Shown here: positions 9,409 to 21,808 of the stretch, piece after piece
Position numbering within the stretch: position 1 is the first letter of the stretch
How the letters are laid out: the number at the start of each line of letters is the position of its first letter
Assembly (NCBI RefSeq): GCF_947623445.1
Contig: NC_135248.1
Coordinates: forward strand, 2,662,977 to 2,726,976
DNA: 64,000 bases
Origin: Clavelina lepadiformis
Lineage: Eukaryota
Direction of reading: 5' to 3'
Notes under the pieces: model-generated
The model's input: only the letters and a program-made list of their open reading frames with translations
Told to the model about the DNA's origin: nothing
The model's database searches: none
Program-made: the position numbers and the translations under genes

Positions 9409-12400
9409 ATGCAATTAATAGTAATGCTGTTTTTGACTACAGTTTTCAGTCATTTGTCGAAAGGTAAGCATTTATTTAGATAAAGCCTTTACTTTCTTCA
9501 CCAAGTTTTAAGTTATGTCTTCCCAATGCTTAGTCTTTATACTGTGAGCTACGGTGAGGTATTGTCAGCATATACGTTGTTACTTGACGCCGAAAGTAGT
9601 TACAAGTTACAAACATTACTGACAAAACAAAGGTCGTGCATATGTTTTGTAGTCGACTTTGAGAGTTTATTATATCTTCAATATCTTTAACAGCTTGTCA
9701 CTCACCCGAGCATGGTGCTAGAAAAAGAAGACAGACAGAGGCTGATGAAAGCAGCAGCAGTTACGAGTTAGGATACGATGCCGACGCATTGATCACATTT
9801 TTCACGTCGTGCATGTCTTCTACAAGTGCTATTGCTATGGATTGGTACAGCGTCACAGACTGGGCAATCGTGGATTCTAACTGGTTTTACTATTCCGAAA
9901 ATGAAGATTGCTTTGGGTAATTGCCACTCGTACGCAATGTTTGGCTTCAGGCTGTATGACACAGCTACAGCACCTACTGTATCAGTTTGTTTTGTCCAAT
10001 TATACAATAGATATAAGCCTACCAACGATATGCTTGCAAAAGAATTGACGTTCCTACTATGACATAAATATGCTTGTGACGTATTTTTCTTTGCATAAGT
10101 TTTCCAACTGATTATGGTGTGTTTCTTTTCACAGGGAAGAAGAAAGCAATGAAACACTTTGCTGGTTATCAAGGGTAGATGAATTTCTGGTTGAGCAAAT
10201 GGGCGATTACCTAAAAGATTGCATTAATCAGTTCGCCTTGGATTCCAACGACACTTCGTATGTTGTGCAAACAAGCGGTAAATGTAAAGTCATGCATGTA
10301 AGCTTTCGTATAACTTATTCATCGAACGCACATCAAATTAAATGAATACGGATTGAAAAAAAACTAGTCATTAAAAAAACAGAAAATATAAATAAATCTG
10401 CTTCAATCGAAAGTTTTGCTGCAGAAACAACGAGCAGGAAGAAACGACAGCTACCTCCACCTCAACCGGCAACACTTCCGGGAGCTCTCCCTCCACTTCC
10501 TGGTCGTCTACCCCCGCCTCCCGGAGCACCTCCTCCTGTTGGTGGTGGTAATGATTCCCGATGTCCGGAGTTTGCAAGACGTGATTACAGCAATCAGCTT
10601 CTTCGCGACGTCCCTTTAGGATTTCGAAAACCACCACCACCCCTTCGACGACCACCTCTTCCACGAAGAGCAAGAAGAGAAGCGGAGGAGGAAGGTTTTA
10701 ACATCACAACTGTGGTTGACTTCGTGGACAGCTACACAGTCTGCAGGTGATACGTTTCATTTTTGTTGTTGAAGGTTATAGACAGCAAGTTTCTTATAAG
10801 TTTGTAATGTGAAGCAAGACGCTTTACACTATCAAATTATTACGCAATAGTTGAAAACTTGCAATAATGAGACGTAATTCAAATCTTCTATTCTCATACA
10901 TTTGTTACAGCATAAATCGAGAGACAATTAAAATATAAATAAAATTATAACAACCTGCTGTTAACAGTGAATGTGAGCGATACACTGGGGAAGAACCGAC
11001 TGGATGTTATGCGATCAGGTTTGACCAGCTCACCAGGTTCGGGTCAAACTTAAAAGGACCAATCCAGCGAGCAAACGCAAGATACGCTGGGGGTGAGTAT
11101 CACTAAGAATAACAGATGAACATTTTCAGTTGCACCAGTTCCTTTATGGACTATGTGATTTAAATATGATTAAAACAGGAAGTGACGTTGTGGGAAAATG
11201 CCAAGGGAGCGTCCACTGGACCGAGTGGTTCAACACGGACAACCCAAATGAAGGTCTCGGTGATGTCGAGTCGCTTTCCACGATCCAGACCCGTTACAGG
11301 AACAACATCTGCGTCACGCCGTCCGGGATTCAAGCAAGGTTGGCTCAAAGCAACCAGTCGTATGGTCGTGGGAACAATTTGCTGGATTTATCACCAACCA
11401 CAGGGCTAAGTTGTTTGAACAGAGATCAAAGCAACGGTATTTGCCAAGACTACAGAGTCAGATTTTGTTGTCCAGGTATGTTCAACAAGTCTTTAATATT
11501 AGTTTATTTGCTGAGCTTTACGCTTGCACAACAAATTTTTTGTTGATCAAATAAGATAATAACACTACCTTTTACAATGATCTTAAACTTTTTGTACATA
11601 TCAACAGCATTGTTTTTCACAACACTTGTTTTGTCAAAATTTGTAATAGGCCTAAAGTTGTAGTTGCTGTTACTCTGTTTCTCTCATAAAAACTAGGCTA
11701 TGTCATTTTTCTTTAGATTACGTTGGAGAGTGTCCACTACGTCATGGTTGGTCCGAGTACTTTGACGAGTCCGATCCCAAAAAACGCTCAGGAGAATTCG
11801 AAGTCTTATCTGAAATAAGGAGAAAGAATCCAGGATCTGTGTGTAGCTCTCCGACGGCTGTTGGTGCAAAGTTGCTTACTGGCCAACCGTACTTAGCTGG
11901 AGGCGAAAGTCTTCAGTTGGTTCCTTCTTCTGGACTTGTGTGTCTCAGTGCATTTCAAAGTGACGGAAGATGCAACGACTACAAAGTTAGATTTTGTTGT
12001 CCAGGTACATAAAGTTCTGTTCTCTTTCTAGTTGGTATAAATAACAAGTAACGAAGTTGTTCACAGAGTTGTTACAGAGTTCACAAAGTTGTTACAGTTG
12101 TTACAGAGTTCACAGAGTTGTTACATTACTGCTATTGCCTACAAACCAAACCATTCTTGTTTGATATTATTAACTTTTTACTTGTATTCAGTAAGCTACT
12201 TGATATTACAATAGTTTCAATGTGTTTGTTGCATGTAGTTACATTCTCATATGCACAGATACCATTGGAAAATGTGAACATGGTCACAAATGGACTAAAT
12301 GGCAAGATACGACGCGGAGTTACGGAGATGACGAGAGATTGAAGACGTTAATTAAGGAGAACAGCTTGGGATGCGAGTCGACTCCCAGCGCAATCCAAGC

Positions 12401-12785
12401 TCAAGTTTCCGGAACTCGAAAACCTTACATTAGTGGAGGTGACACGTTATACATCTCTCCGAGTCTGGGTCTCTTCTGTTTAAATGGACAACAATCTGAT
12501 GATAAAAAGTGCAAAAACTACCGGGTTCGGTTTTGTTGCCAGCTGCCACCTAAACGCCTCCATCCGCCAACTAACCGTCCACCAACAACAATCGCAGGAC
12601 GCGAAGAGAACCAAACAGGTCAGCGTACCCCCGAAACTAATGGAGGTGAGGAGAAAAAGCCAACGAATAATGGTCGTCAACCATCGAGGCCTACCAGCGG
12701 CAACAACAGCAACAGGCCCGACCCGTTTGGTGGCGGACGAGGTCCCCCAAGCAGACCGGGACGTGGCAGAGGTGATCGGTCATAA
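9409..12785 (+). CDS. Gene span of WxxW-domain secreted precursor, copy 2, a tandem paralog with the same 8-exon structure. Signal peptide MQLIVMLFLTTVFSHLSK(G). Same dibasic sites. The C-terminal tail is shorter and diverged.
   Basis: Exons at 9409-9463, 9694-9916, 10135-10307, 10415-10746, 10978-11092, 11179-11475, 11717-12004 and 12259-12785. Exons are >90% identical to copy 1. Introns are far more diverged. Confidence 0.75.
12050..12125. repeat. Minisatellite of ~4 tandem copies of a ~17-bp unit, GTTACAGAGTTCACA(A/G)AGTT. Lies in intron 7 of copy 2 only.
   Basis: Direct tandem repetition seen in the sequence. Absent at the equivalent copy 1 position. Confidence 0.6.
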
Positions 12786-14100
12786 TGGACAAATTGTGAA
12801 GAAATACAGAACTTTTGTAATGGAGTTTGCTTGTGACAGGCAAAAGGAAAAAGCGGCAAGTTACTTTTTTACATATGCCTTCTACATTGTTAATAAAGAA
12901 AAGTTAAAAAACCAACTAATTGTTGATGTTTTTTAAAATCAAGCGATATAGGCCTATGCACTTTGCTGTACTGTATTATGTTAATCACTAAATGTTAGAA
13001 ATAGATAAACATTCTTTGTTTATGAACATTTTTGTTTTATAAATGAAATAACATTCCACGTTTAAACGATGGAGAAAACTATAAATAGCAAGCATTATCA
13101 CACATCGTAAACCACCAACTTCAAACAACTTAAGTGTTTTACACCTATTTTATGTACTACTGTACTCAGAATCAATCGAGTCTGAACAACATGCATTGGA
13201 ACAAAAGTTTCTTTATTAGGCCTCATTGCTTTTGAGAAGTTTATGAGAAGCATGCAATGTGTAAAGTCCAATTCTTGTCTGTGTTTACGTTTAGTCTTCT
13301 TCTATTTACTTAAGGCCTCATTATCCAAACTCATTTTATTCTTATGTTGAAATTTCTTAGAAACCTATTTAGCAATATATATCGGCTTCTATGTAAATGC
13401 ATGATTTTTTATTGTTGATATTTTCTTATTATATTATATACAGATACCGTATTACATAGTTGATTGATGCTGTTTGTATCAATCAAATATTTAAGTAAGT
13501 TAGATATGAAGAGTGTGTGACTGAACGTGGCAAATTTTTTTATAAAACCTTCAATCAACGGTCGATTTAAGCGCAACAATGTTTTAAAATTTTGCTTTTT
13601 TGTGAAGTTTTAATGTTATTGAAATCAGACTTAATTCATTCTATGCACAGCACATGCGCATATACAATGCATTTACAGAGACATTTCCGAGAACGAGACA
13701 TTTTCTAGAACGCTATGATGTATCATTGTTTCCATGACACTACAAAATATGACTTATTGCAAGACAAACTGCACTTTCCACGCATGCTGCAGAAACAATT
13801 TCAAATGCTTTTGATATTTATGTTTTTAATTTTCAATATCACAAAATTTGGCAAAGTGCTCGTCTACAATCTGCTACCTCACATGCTGGCATTCATTTGC
13901 ATAGCTATACCATGTTAGAGAAATACTCTCTTGCGCTTGTGACTTGTTCCGTTCAACCTGTTGTAAAACAATAGAAACAAAACGAATCTACCACAATCAC
14001 GCTTCGACGAAAGGTAATCCACACAGAGCAAGGAGTGATAAAATTTTACCGCTTCTTTTAAAAACTTTGAATTAGCTCAAAGTTGTAAAATAATAACAAG

Positions 14101-14118
14101 GGTCATTTGCAAATGACC
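14101..14118. promoter_or_regulatory. Perfect 18-bp palindrome GGTCATTTGCAAATGACC, ~140 bp upstream of the Ly6-CCP-VWA start codon.
   Basis: Seen in the sequence. It has two inverted GGTCA half-sites around an octamer-like ATTTGCAAAT core. Binding of any factor is not shown. Confidence 0.25.
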
Positions 14119-14255
14119 GCTATGACGAGGAGGTAGAGCAACTAATATGCCCAAAGCTCGAGACAAAACGTCAGGTCAGTTTGCTTTATAGGTTCAGTTA
14201 AGATAGAGTTGTTTCAGCAATCAATGGTTGAATTGTATAGAAGGTGCAGATAAAA

Positions 14256-17200
14256 ATGGGTGTATACATTTTCTTGCCTATTTTCATGTTGATGTTGATT
14301 CATGGGAGAAGAATTTCAGGTGGAAATATAAATATGACAATTTTGTATGAGATTAAGCAGATATTACCAGAAGATTTTGCTTTTCAAACTTGGCCAATAT
14401 CTTTCTGCGACAGGTTTGAACTGTTGGGGATGTAGTGACGCCCATACCAACAAAGAATGTCTCCTGGCAGGAAGCATAGTTCACTGTAAAGACGATCACG
14501 TCAGTGGCAAAATTTTATAAACAGATTTCGAGCATTTCAAGATATTACAAACTAGCCTATATGTTATACTATAACTTACAAGTTACGTCAGAGGTGAAGG
14601 GAGAAGTATCAATCAAGAAGTTTCATTTCAAAAATTCACAATTTTCTTGTTTACAGTCAATCTGCGAAGATCAAGTGAGACAAGGAGAGTACGGTTACGT
14701 CATAGAAAAACGATGCAAACAAAGGGAGTCCTGCTATTTAAATGTTGTGCAGGTGAGTGGTGTCAAAGTGCAAATAAAGTTTTCTCAAAAATCGTTCATA
14801 TGTAGTAGGGGTAATGCAGAATTTTCAAAACCTGCCCTTCCTTTGGCAGAAGACCCGTAGCCTAAGTTGTAGCTAACTGAAACAACAACTGGGTGAGTTA
14901 TGTAGGTTTCCTTATTGCTTTATGACGACTCAGCAAAGTGTCTTCGCTTCAGAACACTCGATCAGCTTTCCATATACAATGCAATTTGAAATCTCCTACC
15001 TCGAAATGCACCTGTTGCTGCGACTCTGATCTTTGTAATGTTCAACTCCTGGCTTGCTGGAATGAAATAAAACAGTTTGATCCACGGTGTAAGTTTTTGT
15101 TAAAAACCAATTCAACTAATAAAACTTTGTTAGATAGTGGGCCTACGTGCTGACACGTTTGTCACTTACTGAAAATACGGTACAATTTTGCTGAAAACCG
15201 CAAAACACTGTATATACCGTATGATGTATGTAATTGTAATACATTCGTTGTTTTTTCACCAATCAATAATTAATTAATCAATCAATCAAGATGGATGGAA
15301 AAGTGAAATGACAAAAACCACTAGCTCCATTAGACAAATATGAGTATATCCCACTTGTAAACAAGAATGTCTCTCATTGTGCAACTCACACTTATTTCTG
15401 ATGATGACATTTTAAAATCCTGTCTTTCTTATAGTACCTAAACCCACTTGCAAGATGCGACCAAAAGTACCGGATCACGCCAACATGCAATGTACGGGAA
15501 ATCTACATCCCGGAACAAAATGTAAATTTGAATGTCATGATGGATATTTCTTGGCCGGGTCGCCGACGACAACATGCTGTGAGTACAGTAATAAAATAAT
15601 CTCACTTTTTACCTTTGTATAGGCATAAAACTACATCATATTCCCACTATAGTAATTTGTTTTCATTTTTTATTACTTTATTGTAATGCTTTTGGACTTA
15701 TTCTAAACGATCAAACTAATTCTCGGAGTCGAAAAGTTATGTTGTAGCCTACAACTGAGTATCAACCATTGAGAGTAACAATCGGTTATTTTAGTGCGAA
15801 ACTTGACTTGGGACAAAAAGGAACCTGAATGCATCATATTAAAATGTTCACATAAAATGAACTTTCTGAAGAACGGAAATGCGACTTGCTCGGAAAGAAG
15901 GAGCCATAGGAGTCGGTGCGAGTAAGTTGGTTTGTATCATCCGAGCAGTAGTTGGGAATCAGTAAAAAACATTAGATTATAGGTATAGCATTAAATGACC
16001 CTAAAGTAACAAAATCGATACAAAAACTTGAAATTAGGTACACATGCCGTAAAAATTTCATGCTTGTGGGACATAAATACACTCTGTGTACTGACGCTGG
16101 CAGAAACAACGGTACCGTGGCATGGACGTCTCCCGTGCCTTACTGTAAACGTAAGTACATCAGCCCTTTAACTTTATTGCTGAAGTGACTTGTTTAGGGA
16201 ACAAGTGACTCGGTATAGGAAAATGGTTAGATCGATGGAATTCCGATAGGCCAGCCCGTGTTTAATGCTTATAGTGGCGCTACTGCTGTAATGCCCCAAG
16301 GCTAGGCATTACCGACGCCTGCTTCTGTTCAATATAATCGTCATGATGAACATTTTAAAATTCGGACAATCTATGCTTACGATATAAAAATAAATAAATA
16401 ACAAAAAACGAAAATGAGTGTGTTTATCAGAACTCGCACAAACACTTGCTCGGCAACCGAGCCTCGACCGGTTAGGAATCGTGGCCGAGTTCAAGTCGTG
16501 TAAAAACTTCCCTCAGTTCAAGAATAAGATTATAATACCAAGCCAAACGAATACCGGTCTTGTTTAGACCGTGGTTGCTCGATTCTGATCTTGTTTTCAG
16601 CAATCAGTTGTCCGGAACAAGTTAAAATTACGAACGGAGAGATGGTCTGCTCAAGAAAGTTTAAGATAGGATCTGTGTGCAGTTTCCGATGCGAACCTGG
16701 CTACGATTTATATCCTAAGGACGCCTCGAGCAATAGATGCGCTAGATCCGGTGCCTGGAGCTCACCAACGCCTTGTTGCACACGTCAGTGAACTAAACAT
16801 TTTTTTTTCTAATCTGCTTTTTCTTTTTCCTCGAATTGCTTGGCCCTTTTTCAGCGCCTTGTCCTCCTAACGTGGTGATGGATTTCATTGTGGTCATGGA
16901 TTCTTCTTCATCCGTAGGTGAAGAAAACTGGATGAAAATGAAAAAGTTTGTCAGAAGCTTTTTAAAGTAAGCGTTTCATCAGTCTTAATTGCATCGCTCT
17001 TTTATCACATTATGTCATTTTAAAAATGTATACCCTATCCTATGGCCTATACAGTAGTTTTGATTGATCGTAAGTTATTGGCTTTTTTTCTTTTTAAAAA
17101 GTTTCTTTTATTTGTTGTTTAAACTTTTAGCGATTTCACAGCGGGAAAAAACGCAGCTCAATACGGGGTTTTCAGATACAACAAATTTGCTGACACGACC

Positions 17201-18390
17201 ACACAGGTGTAAGCTTATTGATACGCTGCTGCAGTAGTCTCTAAGTCTAGTGAATACGTTTTGCCACTAAGTTTAACATAAAACATGTCCAGTAGCCTAA
17301 GTCAGATTAAGTTGACAAGCCAATATGTACAATATTATGGACAAAGTTTCATGCAATTTTTTGGTAACATTTATTTATATAAACTAACAAATGCTGTTTT
17401 ATATCACCTTTGGTAGATATTACTTACTGACCACCCAAACAACAAAAATGAATTTCTGGAAGCCTATGACAGAATTCCTTACGGTGGATCCGGTATAACC
17501 ACATTGTAGCTTTCAACATTTTGCACGAATAAAGAGATAATTTACAACCAAAACTTTGTTGCAATAATTATTGCAAAATATCACCAAAATGAGCAGGTAT
17601 TACCGACTGAGCTACTTTATTTATATCGTTATGCAGGTACTGGAACTGATAACGCTCTCAATCATACTGTGGATGTTCTATTGAAAGTTGGTAATCGACC
17701 AGAAGCTAGGGATGTTGTTCTTCTGATAACGGATGGCGTCGCCCATGATGACGTAACAATCCCTGCAAGACGATTGCGAAAAACGGGATCATTGGTTGGA
17801 ATTAAGATTTACTTCTCTGTCTTCTATTTATTCTCGTTGTTTCGTTAAAGATAAAATATGCGGATGCTATTACTACTGCCTGCCAAAGGCAGAATTTTTT
17901 TTTATATCAGTTAAGATAAACTTTGTAATAACTCTAGTCTCGTCCTGTCCATGGTTTATTCTAGCTCACCTTTCTCTGAAGTGTCTATTATCATAACTGT
18001 GGTCCAGCTGTTATAGGTTTATTACGATTGATATGAACTACTTTTACGGAACAATTTCAATGCGGCATAGTCAATAAATTGTATTACATTGGAGCTGTTA
18101 TAACTTTGCGCTAAAATATGATATCAATGAAAACTTCTGCAGCATCAAAAGAAAAAGTCACCAAACGTCTTCATTCATATCAGGTGTATGTGCTTCCTGT
18201 TATGCCACAAACGGGTTGGATCGATTTACAGCAGATCGAGGACATTGTGGGTCCTGGTAACGATCGAAGGATAATCAAAGCTGCACTTGGACATGGTTTT
18301 GAAGCTTTGAATGTGAAGTTTGCGAAGGAAATCAGCGAGATTTTGTGCAGTGAACCATGCTATGACCCTTTCACGGAAAACACTGACTAA
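14256..18390 (+). CDS. Gene span of a secreted Ly6/uPAR + 3x sushi(CCP) + VWA protein in 13 exons. Signal peptide [17 protein letters not shown]. The Ly6 domain runs [28 protein letters not shown] / [32 protein letters not shown] / ...[20 protein letters not shown]. The three CCP domains follow. The VWA domain carries [17 protein letters not shown] ... [11 protein letters not shown] ... [25 protein letters not shown].
   Basis: Exons at 14256-14319, 14414-14499, 14657-14752, 14952-15088, 15435-15578, 15795-15921, 16038-16150, 16601-16783, 16855-16966, 17131-17206, 17417-17492, 17637-17794 and 18184-18390. All junctions phase correctly, including a phase-1 exon bridging Ly6 to CCP1. Motifs recognised: Ly6/uPAR CCxxDLCN, sushi C..C..W..P.C, VWA MIDAS DxSxS, stop TAA at 18388. 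Confidence 0.7.
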
Positions 18391-19509
18391 AAACATTTCT
18401 AGGTGTTCCATTGTTTTTGTAATAATAATGATAATAGTCTTTCAATAAAAGATGTATTCGAAGTATTTAAAATGCTTGACGGTCCAAAGCTTAACTGTTG
18501 TATATTGGTTTGTTATGCAAAGCTGACGTTTTTTTATTGAGCTTAATCTTGTGAACTGAAGCAGTTTTGAAAATCACCAAGGGTTCAAGGTTTACAGAAA
18601 AAATGCATTAACTCGAAGCAGACGAGCCGATCTTCCGCCCACAAACAAAATATTTTGAAATCACACACAGCAAGACAAGGCTTAACGCTTAAACTATAGA
18701 AAATCGATTCCAAGAGCGCTGGTTATTTTTACTAAAATATAATGTGTTCAGCTGTTACGATGAACTAGTTGCTATTTGTGATAAAAAGTGAAACCTCCGG
18801 TTCTCGGCCATCTCTCTCTTTTAAGTTAATAGTGAATATATTCAGGGGTTTATGTTGAAGAAAACAACTCTGTCAATTACTGTAGGCTAAAATGCTGAAC
18901 TTCTGATGAAAAGGAAAATCAGGACAACGGTCATGTATTTCGCAAAACATGTCATCTAAAATTATATTCAACGCTAGGAACAAAGTTAATAAAATACAGC
19001 ACACACAGAATTAAGACACAATATCAAAAGTACAAATTAGTTTCAAGCCAAAAACAGCGTCCTAATGTACAACCAAATTTCAATACATTACCAGTTAGGA
19101 ATAAACGTGTAGACTGCAATCAACATGCGATATAAAGGTCTGACACTTACTAGTTATCAGAAAATCACTCAAAATAACTCTCGCCAACGAAGATTCACCA
19201 CAAAAAATGATTTATTTTAGTTAAAATTATATAGCTACAACAGAATGATGGAAAAACTTTGTCTATTTCACCAGAAACAACTGTCCACTTGTCATTGTCA
19301 GGATTATAACATTCGATGAGCTTTAAAACTTCTTTACCGACCCTGTTCAATCATGCATGAAATCAATATGAAAAGTATTTGCGACTCGAGGACTTTTGTC
19401 CTGGTGTCAGCAAAAGTCAACACACAAAAGTGAAAATGTTTGTAATAATACTGTAAACAACTATGACAGAAGCAAATTGGCGCGCGTTTAAATTAATGTA
19501 ACTTACCCT

Positions 19510-19680
19510 TCGACCACATATATCTTTCTTTGTATGACACAAGCTGAGTGGGAACTTCTTGCGACATTCATGCCACTCACTCTGGTCCATTTGTTCGCAG
19601 TGACGTCATATTTTTCAACACTCGTTTCCGCTTGTTCGTCAGATTGACCTCTTGTTTGCAAAACCACAATTAAAACAAGA
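19510..19680 (-). CDS. Isolated Kelch-repeat-like exon. Reads ...GQSDEQAETSVEKYDVTANKWTRVSGMNVARSSHSACVIQRKIYVVEG. The rest of the gene was not found.
   Basis: Minus-strand donor GG|GTAAGT at ~19510. Kelch consensus: YD...N.W..V..M...R..H....IYV. Part of ORF 19503-19727. Confidence 0.3.
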
Positions 19681-21262
19681 AGTATTTGCTGAAACTGTAG
19701 TGCGGCTACCGTTAACCTTAACCTCAACCGTCTTGGTGTCGGTGGACCCTTACAATGGCATCAGTGGATATGAGGATCACGTGGTTTTTTAAGTATAGGC
19801 GAAATTAGCTTTCAGATTCCCGTACTGCCTATAGGTATCAGATTATGAAAAATACCATTATCATACCACATATCAGATACCATTACATCATTTCTTGCAA
19901 AAGACCAAAAGTGTCTTCTAGTTATTGATTGAAGTTTATGAATTTATTTTTTGATAAACACTTCAACTGTCGATTGATATTTGGAAACTTACTCTGAATA
20001 ACTTCGTGTGAACACTCCTTTTAGTATGTTGCCAGGTTGTTTTCCTGCATCCGTTGTGATAAGAAGTTGTTAATGGAAATGCCCCATTGTTAACCTTAAA
20101 ACTGATTATTATTTATCTATGTTTCAATGTGGCAGCATTAGGTATATGTATCTCCCATTGTTTAAACTTTGTTTTTACCCGTTGCACCTGCTACGACTCG
20201 CCGCGTTTTTCTTGTGGAACATTTTATCTCCCATCTCCTCATGTATATAAGCTCGCACTTTTCCCAGCGAGCAGACTTAGTAGAGCAAATACTTGAAATC
20301 AACAGATGAGTTGTCTAAGCTAGCCATGGTGATTGTAAATCAATAGACATCTTATAACGAGTAGTATTGCTTATGTTCTTGGTTATTCCTATTATTGAGA
20401 AAGTGTACAGCACCTATAATAAAAACTTTGTTATACAAAATGTTATAATATAGTTACCTAAACCAAATCTAAATCTATCTTCTAATCTAAATCTAACTTC
20501 AACAAAACCTTAAAATTAAAATCAACTTTTTGCATACCCATTCTCCTAACTAACCGAACCGACTGTCCTTATCATAACAACAGGCTGCGTGATGTACATA
20601 CGGTGAAATAGTCACCTCGAAATTTAAACATTGTATTTGTAAATGCGTTCAAGTCTTAGATATGGTTACTCAGCAAAATGTATTTGGTTAAATTCCAATA
20701 TCGTATGTCCAGGTGACAAAACGATGTTGAAATAATGAAACTACATTACCCTCGAATGCTGCAATGCTGCAAGCCTGGGGCAGAATTCGCTTGATTTACT
20801 TAGAACTAGGTTTAGTGAAATGTCATCAGTCATCTTTACTTTAATGTTATCAGTATGATAACTGACTGTGGTAGGCTAGTGGTTTTATAGTGATACCATG
20901 GCTACTATTGTTATAGCTTATATAGTCCTTACTCAGTTGGGTATCTACCCATTGTCATATTACGCTTTTGTACCACACTTATAAAAGCCTTCAAAATTTG
21001 ACGTCAAAAGAATTCATAAATCAATTTAACCTTTTTGTAACTACACCAAAGTAATAAGATTTTATATTACCATATTTTATGTTGACATATTTTACCATAC
21101 CGTACAAATATCTAAATGACTGTAATAGCTGATATATTGTACCTAGCTAGTAACTATAATAAGCTACCACTTTATTGTGTGACATTGCATAAACTAAAGA
21201 TTTTTTTTTTCAGTGTAAAGTCCGTAAATGAATTCTGTAATTGCTTAGTAGGCAGTGGAGTA

Positions 21263-21808
21263 ATGTCTGCAATTGTTATTAGTGAATCGGATTTGAAAAA
21301 TCCTTTGCTAGAACATTTCACTCCATTGCAAAGTTCAACGTTGCAACAAGACTGTTTGTATAATTTTTCTCCACGAAAACGCGTTCTGGATAGCGTGAAG
21401 ACAGCAAACTATGCAGTACCGGTTAAGAAGACAAAATGTCCCAAACTACATTCAAACACTGAAAACACATTGCTTGCGAGAAATGGGGCAAAATTGAAAA
21501 ATCCTTTTTTGTCTCAGAGTTCAAAACTTTCTGTTTCTGGGAAACTTGGTATTGATAGAAAGCAGCTGAAAAACTGTAACTTAACAAGTACAACTTCAAC
21601 ATTAAGCATAAGTCCCAATTTGTTTGGTACAAGTCCTCTTTCACTTTCATCAAAATTGTTACGTACTTCGTCACTTTTATTATTACCTTCATCGACTTCC
21701 AGTGTTCAACTTTGTCAAAATATAAACAGCAGAAGCCGATCACAATCTATCCATGATGAAAGTGCCCAGCAAGTTACTCTGGCAAACACAGAAAATGTTT
21801 TAAAAGAG
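21263..21808 (+). CDS. TEP1: TEP1 first coding exon. Begins MSAIVISESDLKNPLLEHFTPLQSS..., Ser-rich.
   Basis: ATG follows the tttttttttcag acceptor of a 5'UTR intron. Donor GAG|GTATTG. The N-terminal part of ORF 21116-21850 is probably intron/UTR. Confidence 0.5.

Noticed and set aside
21116-21262. N-terminal 49 codons of ORF 21116-21850 (MTVIADILYLASNYNKLPLYCVTLHKLKIFFFSVKSVNEFCNCLVGSGV).
   Set aside because: This stretch contains a tttttttttcag acceptor and looks like 5'UTR/intron. TEP1 most plausibly starts at the ATG at 21263.
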